A stretch of DNA of 64,000 bases from an uncultured Elusimicrobia bacterium (GTDB taxonomy: Bacteria > Elusimicrobiota > Elusimicrobia > 2-01-FULL-59-12): positions 2,141 through 66,140 of the forward strand of contig CAZSAL010000010.1 in the NCBI GenBank assembly GCA_964604825.1, given 5' to 3'. Below the pieces are notes generated by a model. That model did not search any database and was not told the DNA's origin. It saw only the letters and a list, made by a program, of their open reading frames with translations. Each line of letters begins with the position of its first letter. The first letter of the stretch is position 1. A program made the translations under genes and the position numbers. Below, piece after piece: positions 55,436 through 64,000 of the stretch.

Positions 55436-57562
55436 TTATTTCTTGAGGATTTGTCTTGCCGTTTCGGCGATACCTGCGGCGTCGAGGTGATTGCGCCGGT
55501 AGTTTTCCTCTGTTGAACCGGAACCGATGTGGCTGGCAAGCGGGTTGGCATCCGCGCCCAGGCTGCGCAGGACAACTCCCGGCTGGCGGCCGAGCTGCCG
55601 TGCCGTATTAACCGCATCTTTTACGCGGTCTCCGAGAGCGTTCGGTTCGGCGTCGTGGACGGTAAGAATGGGAACCGCGTCTTCCAGATACTCCGTGACA
55701 AAAGGATTGTCGCTTTTCTGAATTTTATTGATGCTGATTACGTTGACAACTCTCGCTTTTATACCTGTGCCGGCGAGTTGTTGGCCGGCGTTGAGCGCCT
55801 CGTGAACAGTCGCGCCGCTGGCAATGATCAACAGGTCTGCCTTACCGCTGAATCCTGCGGGAAAAACATAGCTGCCTTCCATCAATTTCCCGGCGTAATT
55901 ATCTATGCCGGACTTATCCAGGTGAGGAATATTATGCCGGGTGCAGCGCATGTAGATCGGCTGGCGGGGCGGATTTTGCAGAACCTTTTCCACAATCAGT
56001 CTGGTGATTTCAGCCGCTTCCTGAGCATCCGCCGGCTCAAACATCTCGAAAAGTTCCCCTTCCCTGCCGGACAGATGATCGATAACCCCGGGCGTGGAAA
56101 GTCCCATCTGGCTTTTTCCATCCGGCCCGACGCCGCAGCCGGAATGCGTACCCACCGCTACAAAAAATGATCCGAACATGGCCGCATTATTCAACTCGTC
56201 AGCAGCTTCCAGCAGAAAATTATCGAAAGTCCCGACAAAGGGAATCAGCCCTTCGAAACCAAGACCGGCGCATTTCCCGCAGGCGTTTGATTCTGCTATG
56301 CCTTCCGGAAAATAGGCGCCCGCCGGATTATCCCTGGTATGCCGGCCTGTTACTTTCTGAAAATCAAACATATGAACGGAATCCTGCAGGTCAGGGGAAG
56401 TCGCCACTATTTCCGGATGAACCGCAGCCAGGTTGGCCAGAGCGCCTCCGAAACCTACGCGCGTTCCTACCGGTTTGTCGCCCGGTTTAAAAGAGGGGAA
56501 TGCCGGGGACGTATTTTTGCGGATCTCCATGAGTTTTTGCCGCCGGGCAGATGTGGCCTGCGCGTTTGCCGCATCAACCTGCTTTCTGCCCTCCGCTGTG
56601 ACTCCCCAGGAACGCATAAAATTGCCCAAAACCGCCGGATCTGCATTTTGCATTCGGGATTCGATGATCGGCAGAGCTCTGGCAAGCTCTTCATTGGTGG
56701 GCGCAACACCGTGAAATTTATATTCGCCGGGCTTCTGGCCGTGGTATTCCATAAAATCTACGCCTTTGCCCTTGATCGTATTGGCAATGATTATTGTTGG
56801 CCGGCCGGATTTTCCCGAGTCTTCTTTGGCTCTCAAAAGCGCGGCGCGAAGCTGCGAAATATAAAGCCGGTTTCTGTCCGGTTCTACGGACTCGCCGTTT
56901 ATGACCACGACATTCCAGTTCAGCGCCTGGAACATTTTCTCGTACTGGACTTGCGTCAGATCGTGAGTGCCCGCGGTTTGCTGCGCCTTGTTCCGATTCA
57001 TTATCCAGGTAAGATTGTCTGCTCCAACCAGAGCGGCATTTGCTGCAGCCTCATAAATCTGGCCTTCTTCCGACTCACCGTCTCCGACAATGGCGAAGGT
57101 ATGATAATCCTGGCCCTTATAGCGCGCGGCCAGCGCCATGCCCAGCGCCTTAGAGCCGCCCATGCCAAGAGCTCCTGTTGATACATCGATTCCAGGGGTA
57201 CCGCGTGTGGCATGACCTTGAGCGGGCACATCCGGATTTTTTCTTAAATCCATCAGCATCGCTTCATCCCAGCCGAAAAGGCCTCCCTCGGCAAAAGCGG
57301 AGTAGAGAATTGGGACGCAGTGTCCTTCGCTTAGAACCAGGCGGTCGCGGTTTTCCCAACCGGGGTCGCGGGGGTCGTAGCGTAAAACGCCTCCAAAATA
57401 CAGCACACTTATAATCTCCGCCAGAGAAAGAGTTCCTCCGGGATGACCGGAGCCGGCCTTATTCAAAGCCTTCAGATCAAGCAGGCGCAGACGCTCGGCC
57501 GCCAGGCGAAGCGATTCAACGACATTCACGGTTTCTTTATTTACCATTAAGGGAAGCACCAT
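55436..57562 (-). CDS. tkt: transketolase
   Basis: TPP-binding N-terminus SGHPGGTLSLAEI, GDGESEEG, plus the pyrimidine-binding and C-terminal domains. 708 aa. Confidence 0.8.
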   Translation of the reverse strand: MVLPLMVNKETVNVVESLRLAAERLRLLDLKALNKAGSGHPGGTLSLAEIISVLYFGGVLRYDPRDPGWENRDRLVLSEGHCVPILYSAFAEGGLFGWDEAMLMDLRKNPDVPAQGHATRGTPGIDVSTGALGMGGSKALGMALAARYKGQDYHTFAIVGDGESEEGQIYEAAANAALVGADNLTWIMNRNKAQQTAGTHDLTQVQYEKMFQALNWNVVVINGESVEPDRNRLYISQLRAALLRAKEDSGKSGRPTIIIANTIKGKGVDFMEYHGQKPGEYKFHGVAPTNEELARALPIIESRMQNADPAVLGNFMRSWGVTAEGRKQVDAANAQATSARRQKLMEIRKNTSPAFPSFKPGDKPVGTRVGFGGALANLAAVHPEIVATSPDLQDSVHMFDFQKVTGRHTRDNPAGAYFPEGIAESNACGKCAGLGFEGLIPFVGTFDNFLLEAADELNNAAMFGSFFVAVGTHSGCGVGPDGKSQMGLSTPGVIDHLSGREGELFEMFEPADAQEAAEITRLIVEKVLQNPPRQPIYMRCTRHNIPHLDKSGIDNYAGKLMEGSYVFPAGFSGKADLLIIASGATVHEALNAGQQLAGTGIKARVVNVISINKIQKSDNPFVTEYLEDAVPILTVHDAEPNALGDRVKDAVNTARQLGRQPGVVLRSLGADANPLASHIGSGSTEENYRRNHLDAAGIAETARQILKK

Positions 57563-57631
57563 AAGAGTCCAGGATAGTATCGATATAAATAAATTTTATC
57601 AAACACCGCTGGAAGCGGCAAATGACATGTG

Positions 57632-58480
57632 TCAGTGCTCTGTTTTTGGAGCGAAGGGATTTTCCAGCTGGAGAGTTATTGTGTATTCATCGCTGGTTAC
57701 CGGGCCGGCTTCGTCTTCCGCCGTGGCGGTAATTTTAAAAGCCACATCTCCGGAGGGCGGTTCATCTTCCGTACCGATCGCGTTCACGAATTCCTGGAAA
57801 TGACCGTTCGCATCAGGCACCAGAGGCCCGGAATGCTTGATGCCCGTGCCGGTATCCACATGCCACCCGGCTTGCACAAGCGTGCATCCCGCGGGGACGT
57901 GGATGTCGCCTGTCAGACGGAAACGGACTGCCGAAGGAGTCCCGACTTCTCTGCGCACAGGGCTTACATTCAGATGGACGGCAGGTGCGGAAGCGCAGGT
58001 CATGGTAATCGTTATGGTCTGCGGCTCCGTCCAGGCGCTGATGTGCGAAACCCGCTTTCCTCCTTCCTTAGCGTCTCCGCGCGCCCGAACCTGGTAAACA
58101 TAGGTGCCGGTTGATAGATCGACATCGCCGAAAGCCGTTACCGGTACCGACTTCAATGTCTGGGTCCCGCGCATTACTTCGTAGCCGAAGGTATTAAAAA
58201 CTGGAAGCAATTCAGGCTTGGTCCAGTTCCAGGAGAGGGAAACGGATTTATGATAAACCTCCGCATGAAAATCGTACGGCGGGGGCAGGTCTTCGATTAC
58301 TTCCTTCTCCAATCCGGGCGGCGGGACTTTCGGAGTGGCAGCGTGGACGGGAATTGCCAATAGAATAATAAGCGCCACGGCGCATCGAAGCCTCGGGGCA
58401 TCGGTTAAAATTCTCCGACGCACCGTTTCTCCGATGCGCTGGTGCGATTGTTTACGGCACAAGAGCGGATACATCGCCAT
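57632..58480 (-). CDS. secreted fibronectin-type-III domain protein
   Basis: Signal peptide plus FN3-like SLSWNWTKPE...YVYQVRA. Confidence 0.45.
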   Translation of the reverse strand: MAMYPLLCRKQSHQRIGETVRRRILTDAPRLRCAVALIILLAIPVHAATPKVPPPGLEKEVIEDLPPPYDFHAEVYHKSVSLSWNWTKPELLPVFNTFGYEVMRGTQTLKSVPVTAFGDVDLSTGTYVYQVRARGDAKEGGKRVSHISAWTEPQTITITMTCASAPAVHLNVSPVRREVGTPSAVRFRLTGDIHVPAGCTLVQAGWHVDTGTGIKHSGPLVPDANGHFQEFVNAIGTEDEPPSGDVAFKITATAEDEAGPVTSDEYTITLQLENPFAPKTEH

Positions 58481-61400
58481 ACTTTTCCTTTAATGCCGGC
58501 TCAACAGTTATCGCCTTATTGTAAGCAGTTGCAGCCTGGTCAGTAAGATTTTTCTTAAGGTCAGCCCGGGCGATATTCAGCCAGATCTGGCCGTCAGCGG
58601 GATCTGCGCCGGCCGCCTCCTGATAATACTTCACGGCAGCATCAATATTGCCTTCTGTGAATTCCAGGTTCCCCAGATTGTTATAGCCTGCGGCAAGAGT
58701 TGACGGGTCTTTGAGGGCCTGCTGAAAGCTGTTCTTTGCCTCATCATAATGTTTGAACTGCGCGGCCAGCATTCCGTAATCCAGAGCCGCCTGCGCCGCG
58801 TCCTGAGGAGTTTTTGACCTTTTGTAATTTTCCTGTGCCGTCTGCCAGCGCATATCCGCCAGAGCATCCCAATCCTTCCGGAATTTTTGTTCCACAACAT
58901 CCGCACCCAGCGCTTTGTATCCGGAAACCATTTCCGGAAGCGCGGCAGGCTCGAAAACCGTCCATGCCTGGTGAATATCCGTAACGTTTACTTTGCCGGA
59001 TGCCGCCCATTCGTGATATTCTTCCGCGCCTCTTTTCCACGCATCTATAAAGGATGATCCTGTTGATGCCGCTTCCAATGGAATCCAATAGGTTCCGGCG
59101 TACGGTATCAGCCAGTTGTCCGGGAAAGACAGGGATTCTCTGCGGGTCTCGCCGGTGTCCATCATAAGGAGGAGATGTCCGGGTGCGTCCAGCACAGCGG
59201 TAGCCAGGCCCAGGCTTTCCAGGCTGGACGCGAGCAGCACAACCAGATCAGCGTGATCCCCGGATTTGCGCCCGAGCGTTTCCCGCGCGAATTGGATGGA
59301 ATCTGCGGTTGAAGTATCCGGAGACACCTGATCGTAAGGGCTGTCCGGGCGGGGCGCATAGCCCACGCCGTATGCGCCCAGGGCTTCAAAAACACCGCAA
59401 GCCGCTGCTATCGATTCCGGGACAGGCGCACCTTTGTGCTCTTTTAAAAACGGCACGGCGGCTTCGCGGGTGAAATCGCTCAAAGGCAGGTCCTTCGGAG
59501 TCACAAAAGAGGCGATGCTGTCTTTTTCTGCCCAGTCCATGCTGTTGCGGGAATACAGCTTGAAAGGCACGTCGCGGGCGGCATTAATTTCCTGGCCCCC
59601 CTGATAAAACGTTAGTTTGACATTGGCCTGCCGGGCGCTGGTTTCCGCCGCCTCCAGGATGTGATTGTTAAATACCGCAAAAAGCGGGATCTCCTTTTCC
59701 TCGCGGGAACGGATGTCTCCGATGACGGTCTCACTGGGGTTATCCATGTATCCCTGGACGGCAAAACTGACCTTGACCTTATGCACGGGAGCGCCGCCGT
59801 TATGTTTGATCAGCATTTTGCCCAACGGATAACGCTGATAATATTTGAAATGCGCAGGAAAGACGTTATCCAGTTGCGCGGACGCTATTTTCAACCTGGG
59901 ACCGCCGCGCGCAGCATTCATACTGACGGACACCGGCGCTGAAGGCACGCTCATGGCGCCCTGATCTGACTGCGCGCGGACCGTATAGGTATAAGTGGTA
60001 TTCTCCAGCTGGGCCTCATCCGTCATCGCGGTATCTACGGTATCGCTGATCTTTTCCGGCGCTCCCAGCTGCGTGCCGCGATAAACGACGTATTTGACCG
60101 GGAATCTTGTTTTCACCGCGTCCCATTTCAAGTCCACAAAACCTTCACCGGTTTTAGCCTGAAGATTCAAGGGACTGGGCGGCAGGAGCGCAACGCGAAA
60201 GCCCTGGATCCGGTCCGCATCGGCAACGAACAACCGCCCGTCGTCGCTTAGCGCCAATGCCTGGGGATGATCTAGAAACCCTGCTCCTTTTCCCGCGCCG
60301 GCAAAACCGCAAACGAAAGTTCCCTCTGCATCATATACGAGTATCCGCGATTTCCCGGCGTCAAGCACAAAGACGTCACCGTCCCGGTCCATCGCCACCT
60401 GGCGCGGGATGCCCAGAGGCTCAGGTCCTGAAAGTCCGATTTCATGCAGGAACTTGCCCGCAGAATCAAACACTCCTATCTTGTGCAGCGTTGCATCTGC
60501 GACAAAAATCCGGTCTGCATTCCAGACTATGCTACAGGGGTTTTTGAACTGGCCCTGCCCCGCACCTTTGCCGCCGCCCATGAAAAGGTAGAGCCCCTGG
60601 TCACTGAAGGCCTGAAACCTGCCATTACCTGTATCTGCGACAAGGATGTTGCCCTGTCCCGTCAGAGCGAGGCCGCGCGGTTTAGACAATCCTCCCGGAC
60701 CGCCTCGAGAAAGGCCCGGTTTCCCGCCAAGTTCCGCAAGTAACTCCCCCTTCGGATTAATTTTTATGGCCCGGTCGTTTCCCGTATCTGCGATCCAGAG
60801 ATCATTGGCGCTGTCCGCAGCCATTGCCGAGGGATTGCGCACATGCAGTTTCTGCTTCAGATCAAGCTCCGCTCCTATCGTTCCGTCCGTACCGAAATCC
60901 GTTACCATCCCGCGGGTCGAAGAAAGAGCCAGAAGCCTGCCGTCAGACGTGAATGCCAGAGCGTCCGCGCTTTCATGCAGCTTCATAAGACGGCTTATCT
61001 GAATGCGTGAAATCGATACAGGCGTAAGCGGCGCGAGCACCTCCTTCCATGAAAAAAGAAAATGCTGTACGCGATGATTCTTCCCGTCGCATACAAAAAG
61101 ATGTTCATTGCGCACAGCAAGGCCTTCAATTCCGTTGAATTGCCCGGGTTTTCGTCCGAACCCTCCAAAACTCCCAAGCGTACGCCCTGTAGCAGAGTCC
61201 ATTTCCCGGAAAACGTTCGCGCCGCGGTCCGCGACAAAGACATTCCCATAGGCATCCACAACCGCGTTGCGCGGGTCGTCAAATCCTTTGACAACCGGCT
61301 CTCTCCCGGAAAAACTCTTGATAAGCTGTCCTTCGGAGGACCACTGCTCAATCTGCCTCAGCCTGGGATTAGCCGTATAAATCCGACCGGCGACATCCAC

Positions 61401-61943
61401 AGTCATGCCGTCAATTTCCGAGCCCACTTCAATCATTTTCAAATAAATCCCGTCGTGGGAAAAAAACTCAAGCCTCTGTCCACCGCGCTCTGAAACCACA
61501 ACCACTCCGTCCGCGCTTACGGCAACCGACCATGGATCATGAAACTGGCCGGGCTGCGCACCTTCCTCTCCGAAAGAATAAAGAAATTTCCCTTCCGGGG
61601 AGAACACCTGTATGCGCTGGTTCCCGGTATCTGCCACGAAAACATTGCCCTGGGCATCTATCGCCAGACCGTGGGGATTGCTGAATTCCCCTTCACCTGC
61701 GCCCGGTTTGCCGAAACTGGCTGTCCATGCGCCTTCTGCGGAAAAAAGCACCAGGCACTGATTCGATGCATCAATAACCCAGGCACGTCCTGCCGGGTCA
61801 ACGCCAATCTGTACCGGATAAAACGGCCTGCGCGCAGGCGGAGGGACAAGGATTTTGGCAAGTTCCATATGATCAAAGGCAGAAAGAATACTTCCGCTGG
61901 AAAGAAGGAAAACGGAGAGACAAAGGATTTTGAAGGCTTTCAT
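58452..61943 (-). CDS. large secreted NHL-repeat beta-propeller / FN3 / TPR protein
   Basis: Signal peptide MKAFKILCLSVFLLSSGSILSA. Two or more NHL propeller sets (GEFSNPHGLAID..GNVFVADTGNQRIQVF). An FN3 domain. C-terminal TPR repeats. The start is set at MKAF, not the ORF maximum. Confidence 0.7.
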   Translation of the reverse strand: MKAFKILCLSVFLLSSGSILSAFDHMELAKILVPPPARRPFYPVQIGVDPAGRAWVIDASNQCLVLFSAEGAWTASFGKPGAGEGEFSNPHGLAIDAQGNVFVADTGNQRIQVFSPEGKFLYSFGEEGAQPGQFHDPWSVAVSADGVVVVSERGGQRLEFFSHDGIYLKMIEVGSEIDGMTVDVAGRIYTANPRLRQIEQWSSEGQLIKSFSGREPVVKGFDDPRNAVVDAYGNVFVADRGANVFREMDSATGRTLGSFGGFGRKPGQFNGIEGLAVRNEHLFVCDGKNHRVQHFLFSWKEVLAPLTPVSISRIQISRLMKLHESADALAFTSDGRLLALSSTRGMVTDFGTDGTIGAELDLKQKLHVRNPSAMAADSANDLWIADTGNDRAIKINPKGELLAELGGKPGLSRGGPGGLSKPRGLALTGQGNILVADTGNGRFQAFSDQGLYLFMGGGKGAGQGQFKNPCSIVWNADRIFVADATLHKIGVFDSAGKFLHEIGLSGPEPLGIPRQVAMDRDGDVFVLDAGKSRILVYDAEGTFVCGFAGAGKGAGFLDHPQALALSDDGRLFVADADRIQGFRVALLPPSPLNLQAKTGEGFVDLKWDAVKTRFPVKYVVYRGTQLGAPEKISDTVDTAMTDEAQLENTTYTYTVRAQSDQGAMSVPSAPVSVSMNAARGGPRLKIASAQLDNVFPAHFKYYQRYPLGKMLIKHNGGAPVHKVKVSFAVQGYMDNPSETVIGDIRSREEKEIPLFAVFNNHILEAAETSARQANVKLTFYQGGQEINAARDVPFKLYSRNSMDWAEKDSIASFVTPKDLPLSDFTREAAVPFLKEHKGAPVPESIAAACGVFEALGAYGVGYAPRPDSPYDQVSPDTSTADSIQFARETLGRKSGDHADLVVLLASSLESLGLATAVLDAPGHLLLMMDTGETRRESLSFPDNWLIPYAGTYWIPLEAASTGSSFIDAWKRGAEEYHEWAASGKVNVTDIHQAWTVFEPAALPEMVSGYKALGADVVEQKFRKDWDALADMRWQTAQENYKRSKTPQDAAQAALDYGMLAAQFKHYDEAKNSFQQALKDPSTLAAGYNNLGNLEFTEGNIDAAVKYYQEAAGADPADGQIWLNIARADLKKNLTDQAATAYNKAITVEPALKEKYGDVSALVP

Positions 61944-62020
61944 AGAAAGGTCGTTCTTGACGTCGTCCCGGCAGGCTGCAGGCCGGGATCCATTATAAAG
62001 ACGTGCGGCTGGGCCCCGGC

Positions 62021-62926
62021 CTACGAATTGCCGGGGCGACAGCTTGCTGAATTGACGCTTTTCCTTGCCAGCTGCAGCGTGTTGAACAGCAGCATCGCTA
62101 TGGTCATGGGCCCGATCCCACCGGGAACCGGGGTAATGGCTGAACATTTTGCCCTGACGCGCTCAAAATCCACATCGCCGCAGAGACTACCTGAGGGAGA
62201 ACGGTTTATCCCCACATCAATTACAACCGCCCCTTCTTTAACCATTGATTCCGTGACAAGGCGCGGTTTGCCAATGGCGGAGACAAGAATATCCGCCTCC
62301 CGGCACACGGCTGCCAGATCCTTTGTTCGCGAATGACACATGGTGACAGTCGCGTCCTGCGCCTGCAGCATCATGGCAACAGGTTTCCCGACAAGCTTGG
62401 AACGGCCGAGAACCACCGCATGCTTCCCGGCAACCGTTATTCCCGACCGCATTAATACCTGCATGATCCCGTGCGGGGTGCATGGCAGGGGATAACGGCC
62501 GGAAGCCATTTCTTCCCAGTTCTTATACTCAAAAAGCTGCCCGAGATTGCAGGGATGAAGCCCGTCCGCATCCTTATTTGGATCAAGCGCCTCCAGAACA
62601 GGGGTGGAATCCATATTTTCCGGGAGGGGAAGCTGGAGGAGAATGCCGTGGACTTTCCCGTCGGCATTCAATTTTTTCATCAATGCAATAAGCTGTTCCC
62701 GGGTTGCCGAGGCAGGCATGGGAAAATGCAGAGAATTCATGCCGGCTTCGTTGCAGGCCTTGATCTTATTGGCGACATATGTCTGCGATGCGGGATTTTC
62801 ACCGACAAGAATTGTCGCCAGGCCAGGCACAGTCCCAGTTTTCTTCTTGAATTCCTCTACTCCGCGCCTGACTTCCGCGCGGATTTCCGCGGCCAGCGCT
62901 TTTCCATCTAATATTTTCGCGGTCAT
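62021..62926 (-). CDS. folD: bifunctional methylenetetrahydrofolate dehydrogenase/cyclohydrolase
   Basis: ILDGKALA..., VGENPASQTYV, and PGGIGPMTIAML. Confidence 0.9.
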   Translation of the reverse strand: MTAKILDGKALAAEIRAEVRRGVEEFKKKTGTVPGLATILVGENPASQTYVANKIKACNEAGMNSLHFPMPASATREQLIALMKKLNADGKVHGILLQLPLPENMDSTPVLEALDPNKDADGLHPCNLGQLFEYKNWEEMASGRYPLPCTPHGIMQVLMRSGITVAGKHAVVLGRSKLVGKPVAMMLQAQDATVTMCHSRTKDLAAVCREADILVSAIGKPRLVTESMVKEGAVVIDVGINRSPSGSLCGDVDFERVRAKCSAITPVPGGIGPMTIAMLLFNTLQLARKSVNSASCRPGNS

Positions 62927-63822
62927 ATATCCCTCAGAATATCAGTATTTGGTTTGCGCATGCCGCGGAGATGCTCCAGAATCTCCTGAGTGGCGCGCGA
63001 TTTATTCAGCGTATAAAAATGAATTCCCGGCGCTCCCCGGCGCAGGAGCCCCTCGCATTGCCGGGCCGCATAGTTGATTCCTATGCGCGCCACAGCTTCC
63101 GCATCGGACTGAACCGGTTCCAGCTCATTGATCAGAGAATCCGGCAGATTGGCGCCGCAGAGACCGGCAAAGCGCTGAATCTGCGTGAAATTTGTGACCG
63201 GCATAATGCCTGGGATTATAGGGCAGCGAATGCCGAACGACCGGGCGCGCGCGACAAAATCGAAATACACATCATTATTGAAAAATAGCTGGGTCACAAT
63301 ATAGGAAGCGCCTGCATCCACCTTGAGCTTCAGATGCCGCAGGTCTTCGTCGAAACTTTTCGCCTCGATATGCTTTTCCGGGTAGCCGGCTACTCCTATG
63401 CAGAACCGATCCAGAAGAGCGATCTCCTGCGTCAACTCGTTTGCATATTGAAAACCGTCAGGATGGGGGCGGAATGTGGTTTCCCCCTTGGGAGGATCAC
63501 CGCGCAGAGCCAGAATATTATCGATTCCGCGGTCGGCAAGTTCTTTTAAGATTGCGCGAATTTCCGCACGGGAGTGGCCTACGCAGGTCAAATGAGCCAC
63601 TGCTTCGAGACCAACTTCGTTCTTGATGCGCGCCACCAAGTCCAGCGTTTTGGCGCGGGTACTGCCTCCTGCGCCATAGGTAACGGAAACGAAGTCGGGA
63701 TGCAGGTCCCTGAGACGCCGCACCACCTTCATTAATTCAACCGCAGCCTCCTCGTTTTTAGGCGGGAAAAACTCAAACGAAAACAGCGGTTCTCCAGATG
63801 CAAACATCTCCGATACGCGCAT
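62923..63822 (-). CDS. metF: methylenetetrahydrofolate reductase
   Basis: FSFEFFPPK..VSVTYGAGG..LTCVG, in the FAD-binding TIM barrel. Confidence 0.85.
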   Translation of the reverse strand: MRVSEMFASGEPLFSFEFFPPKNEEAAVELMKVVRRLRDLHPDFVSVTYGAGGSTRAKTLDLVARIKNEVGLEAVAHLTCVGHSRAEIRAILKELADRGIDNILALRGDPPKGETTFRPHPDGFQYANELTQEIALLDRFCIGVAGYPEKHIEAKSFDEDLRHLKLKVDAGASYIVTQLFFNNDVYFDFVARARSFGIRCPIIPGIMPVTNFTQIQRFAGLCGANLPDSLINELEPVQSDAEAVARIGINYAARQCEGLLRRGAPGIHFYTLNKSRATQEILEHLRGMRKPNTDILRDI

Positions 63823-64000
63823 GAAAGAATTCTAGCTATTTAAGAGGATATTCGTCTATGAAAGGCGGGGCGCGCAGGCAGGATCTATTGGGCATCAGGG
63901 ATGCGGTACACTCCGGTTTTGTAGCCGCCTTCGCGCCGTACGAGCCCGGCCCGGAGCAAGGGTTTCAGCAGGAAATGCAGGCCTCCTTTGGTTAATTCCA

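Noticed and set aside
63858-63995. 45-aa plus-strand ORF (MKGGARRQDLLGIRD...) at the window edge
   Set aside because: Short, with no motif. It could also be the antisense of a minus-strand gene that continues beyond the window.
1-64000. CRISPR arrays / cas genes / rRNA
   Set aside because: I saw no regularly spaced direct repeats of CRISPR type, and no rRNA-like conserved stretches. I did not carry out an exhaustive spacing check.

Overview
This 64-kb window looks like part of a bacterial chromosome, roughly 55-60% GC in the core genes, with two lower-GC accessory islands. I had no tools: every call below comes from reading the sequence and the ORF translations, not from database searches.

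Core genes on the right side include glyA, tsaC, argJ, argC, rsmI, ndk, tkt, folD and metF. Elsewhere there are rimO, glnK-amtB, rmuC, wecB/wecA, a CheY-like regulator and a hybrid CHASE3 histidine kinase. Envelope and glycosylation genes include three membrane-embedded GT-C-type glycosyltransferases, a GT4 glycosyltransferase, a polysaccharide deacetylase, an Amidase_3 autolysin and a giant NHL/FN3/TPR secreted protein. There are two tRNAs, Ser-TGA and Glu-CTC.

Island 1 (about 1-8800) abuts the 3' end of tRNA-Ser. It is one minus-strand array with short gaps and ATGA stop/start overlaps. In order it carries a C5-cytosine methyltransferase, a NotI-like Cys-rich restriction endonuclease, Vsr, a cytoplasmic MORC-like GHKL ATPase fused to a histidine kinase (HisKA+HATPase_c), a REC-domain protein with an unassignable ~250-aa C-terminal domain, and a second C5-cytosine methyltransferase. 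A SAM-methyltransferase fragment and a frameshifted ORF6N gene follow. The kinase/REC pair inside this restriction-modification (R-M) operon is the best candidate here for an undescribed defence module, a Detocs-like two-gene variant with a paraMORC-type sensor.

Island 2 (about 34.6-45.0 kb) is a type I R-M locus, hsdM-fic-hsdS-[258-aa unknown]-[hsdR N-terminal fragment]-rhuM-hsdR-[orphan ParB-like]. hsdS carries an in-frame insertion of a GC-rich palindromic repeat in its central spacer region.

Several unannotated repeat families recur across the window. One is a GC-rich palindromic repeat (CCTCTCCCC...GGGGAGAGG / GGGTGAGGGG...CCCCTCACCC), inserted in-frame in the GT4 gene and hsdS and also found intergenically. 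A second is a two-hairpin element (tcatccccgM-loop-KcggggatSM plus attcccgM-loop-KcgggaatgaMa) at four or more loci, with compensatory stem changes. A third is a heptamer inverted-array mini-insertion inside rimO. There is also a complex inverted repeat upstream of a holin-like gene. No CRISPR array, rRNA or prophage was seen.
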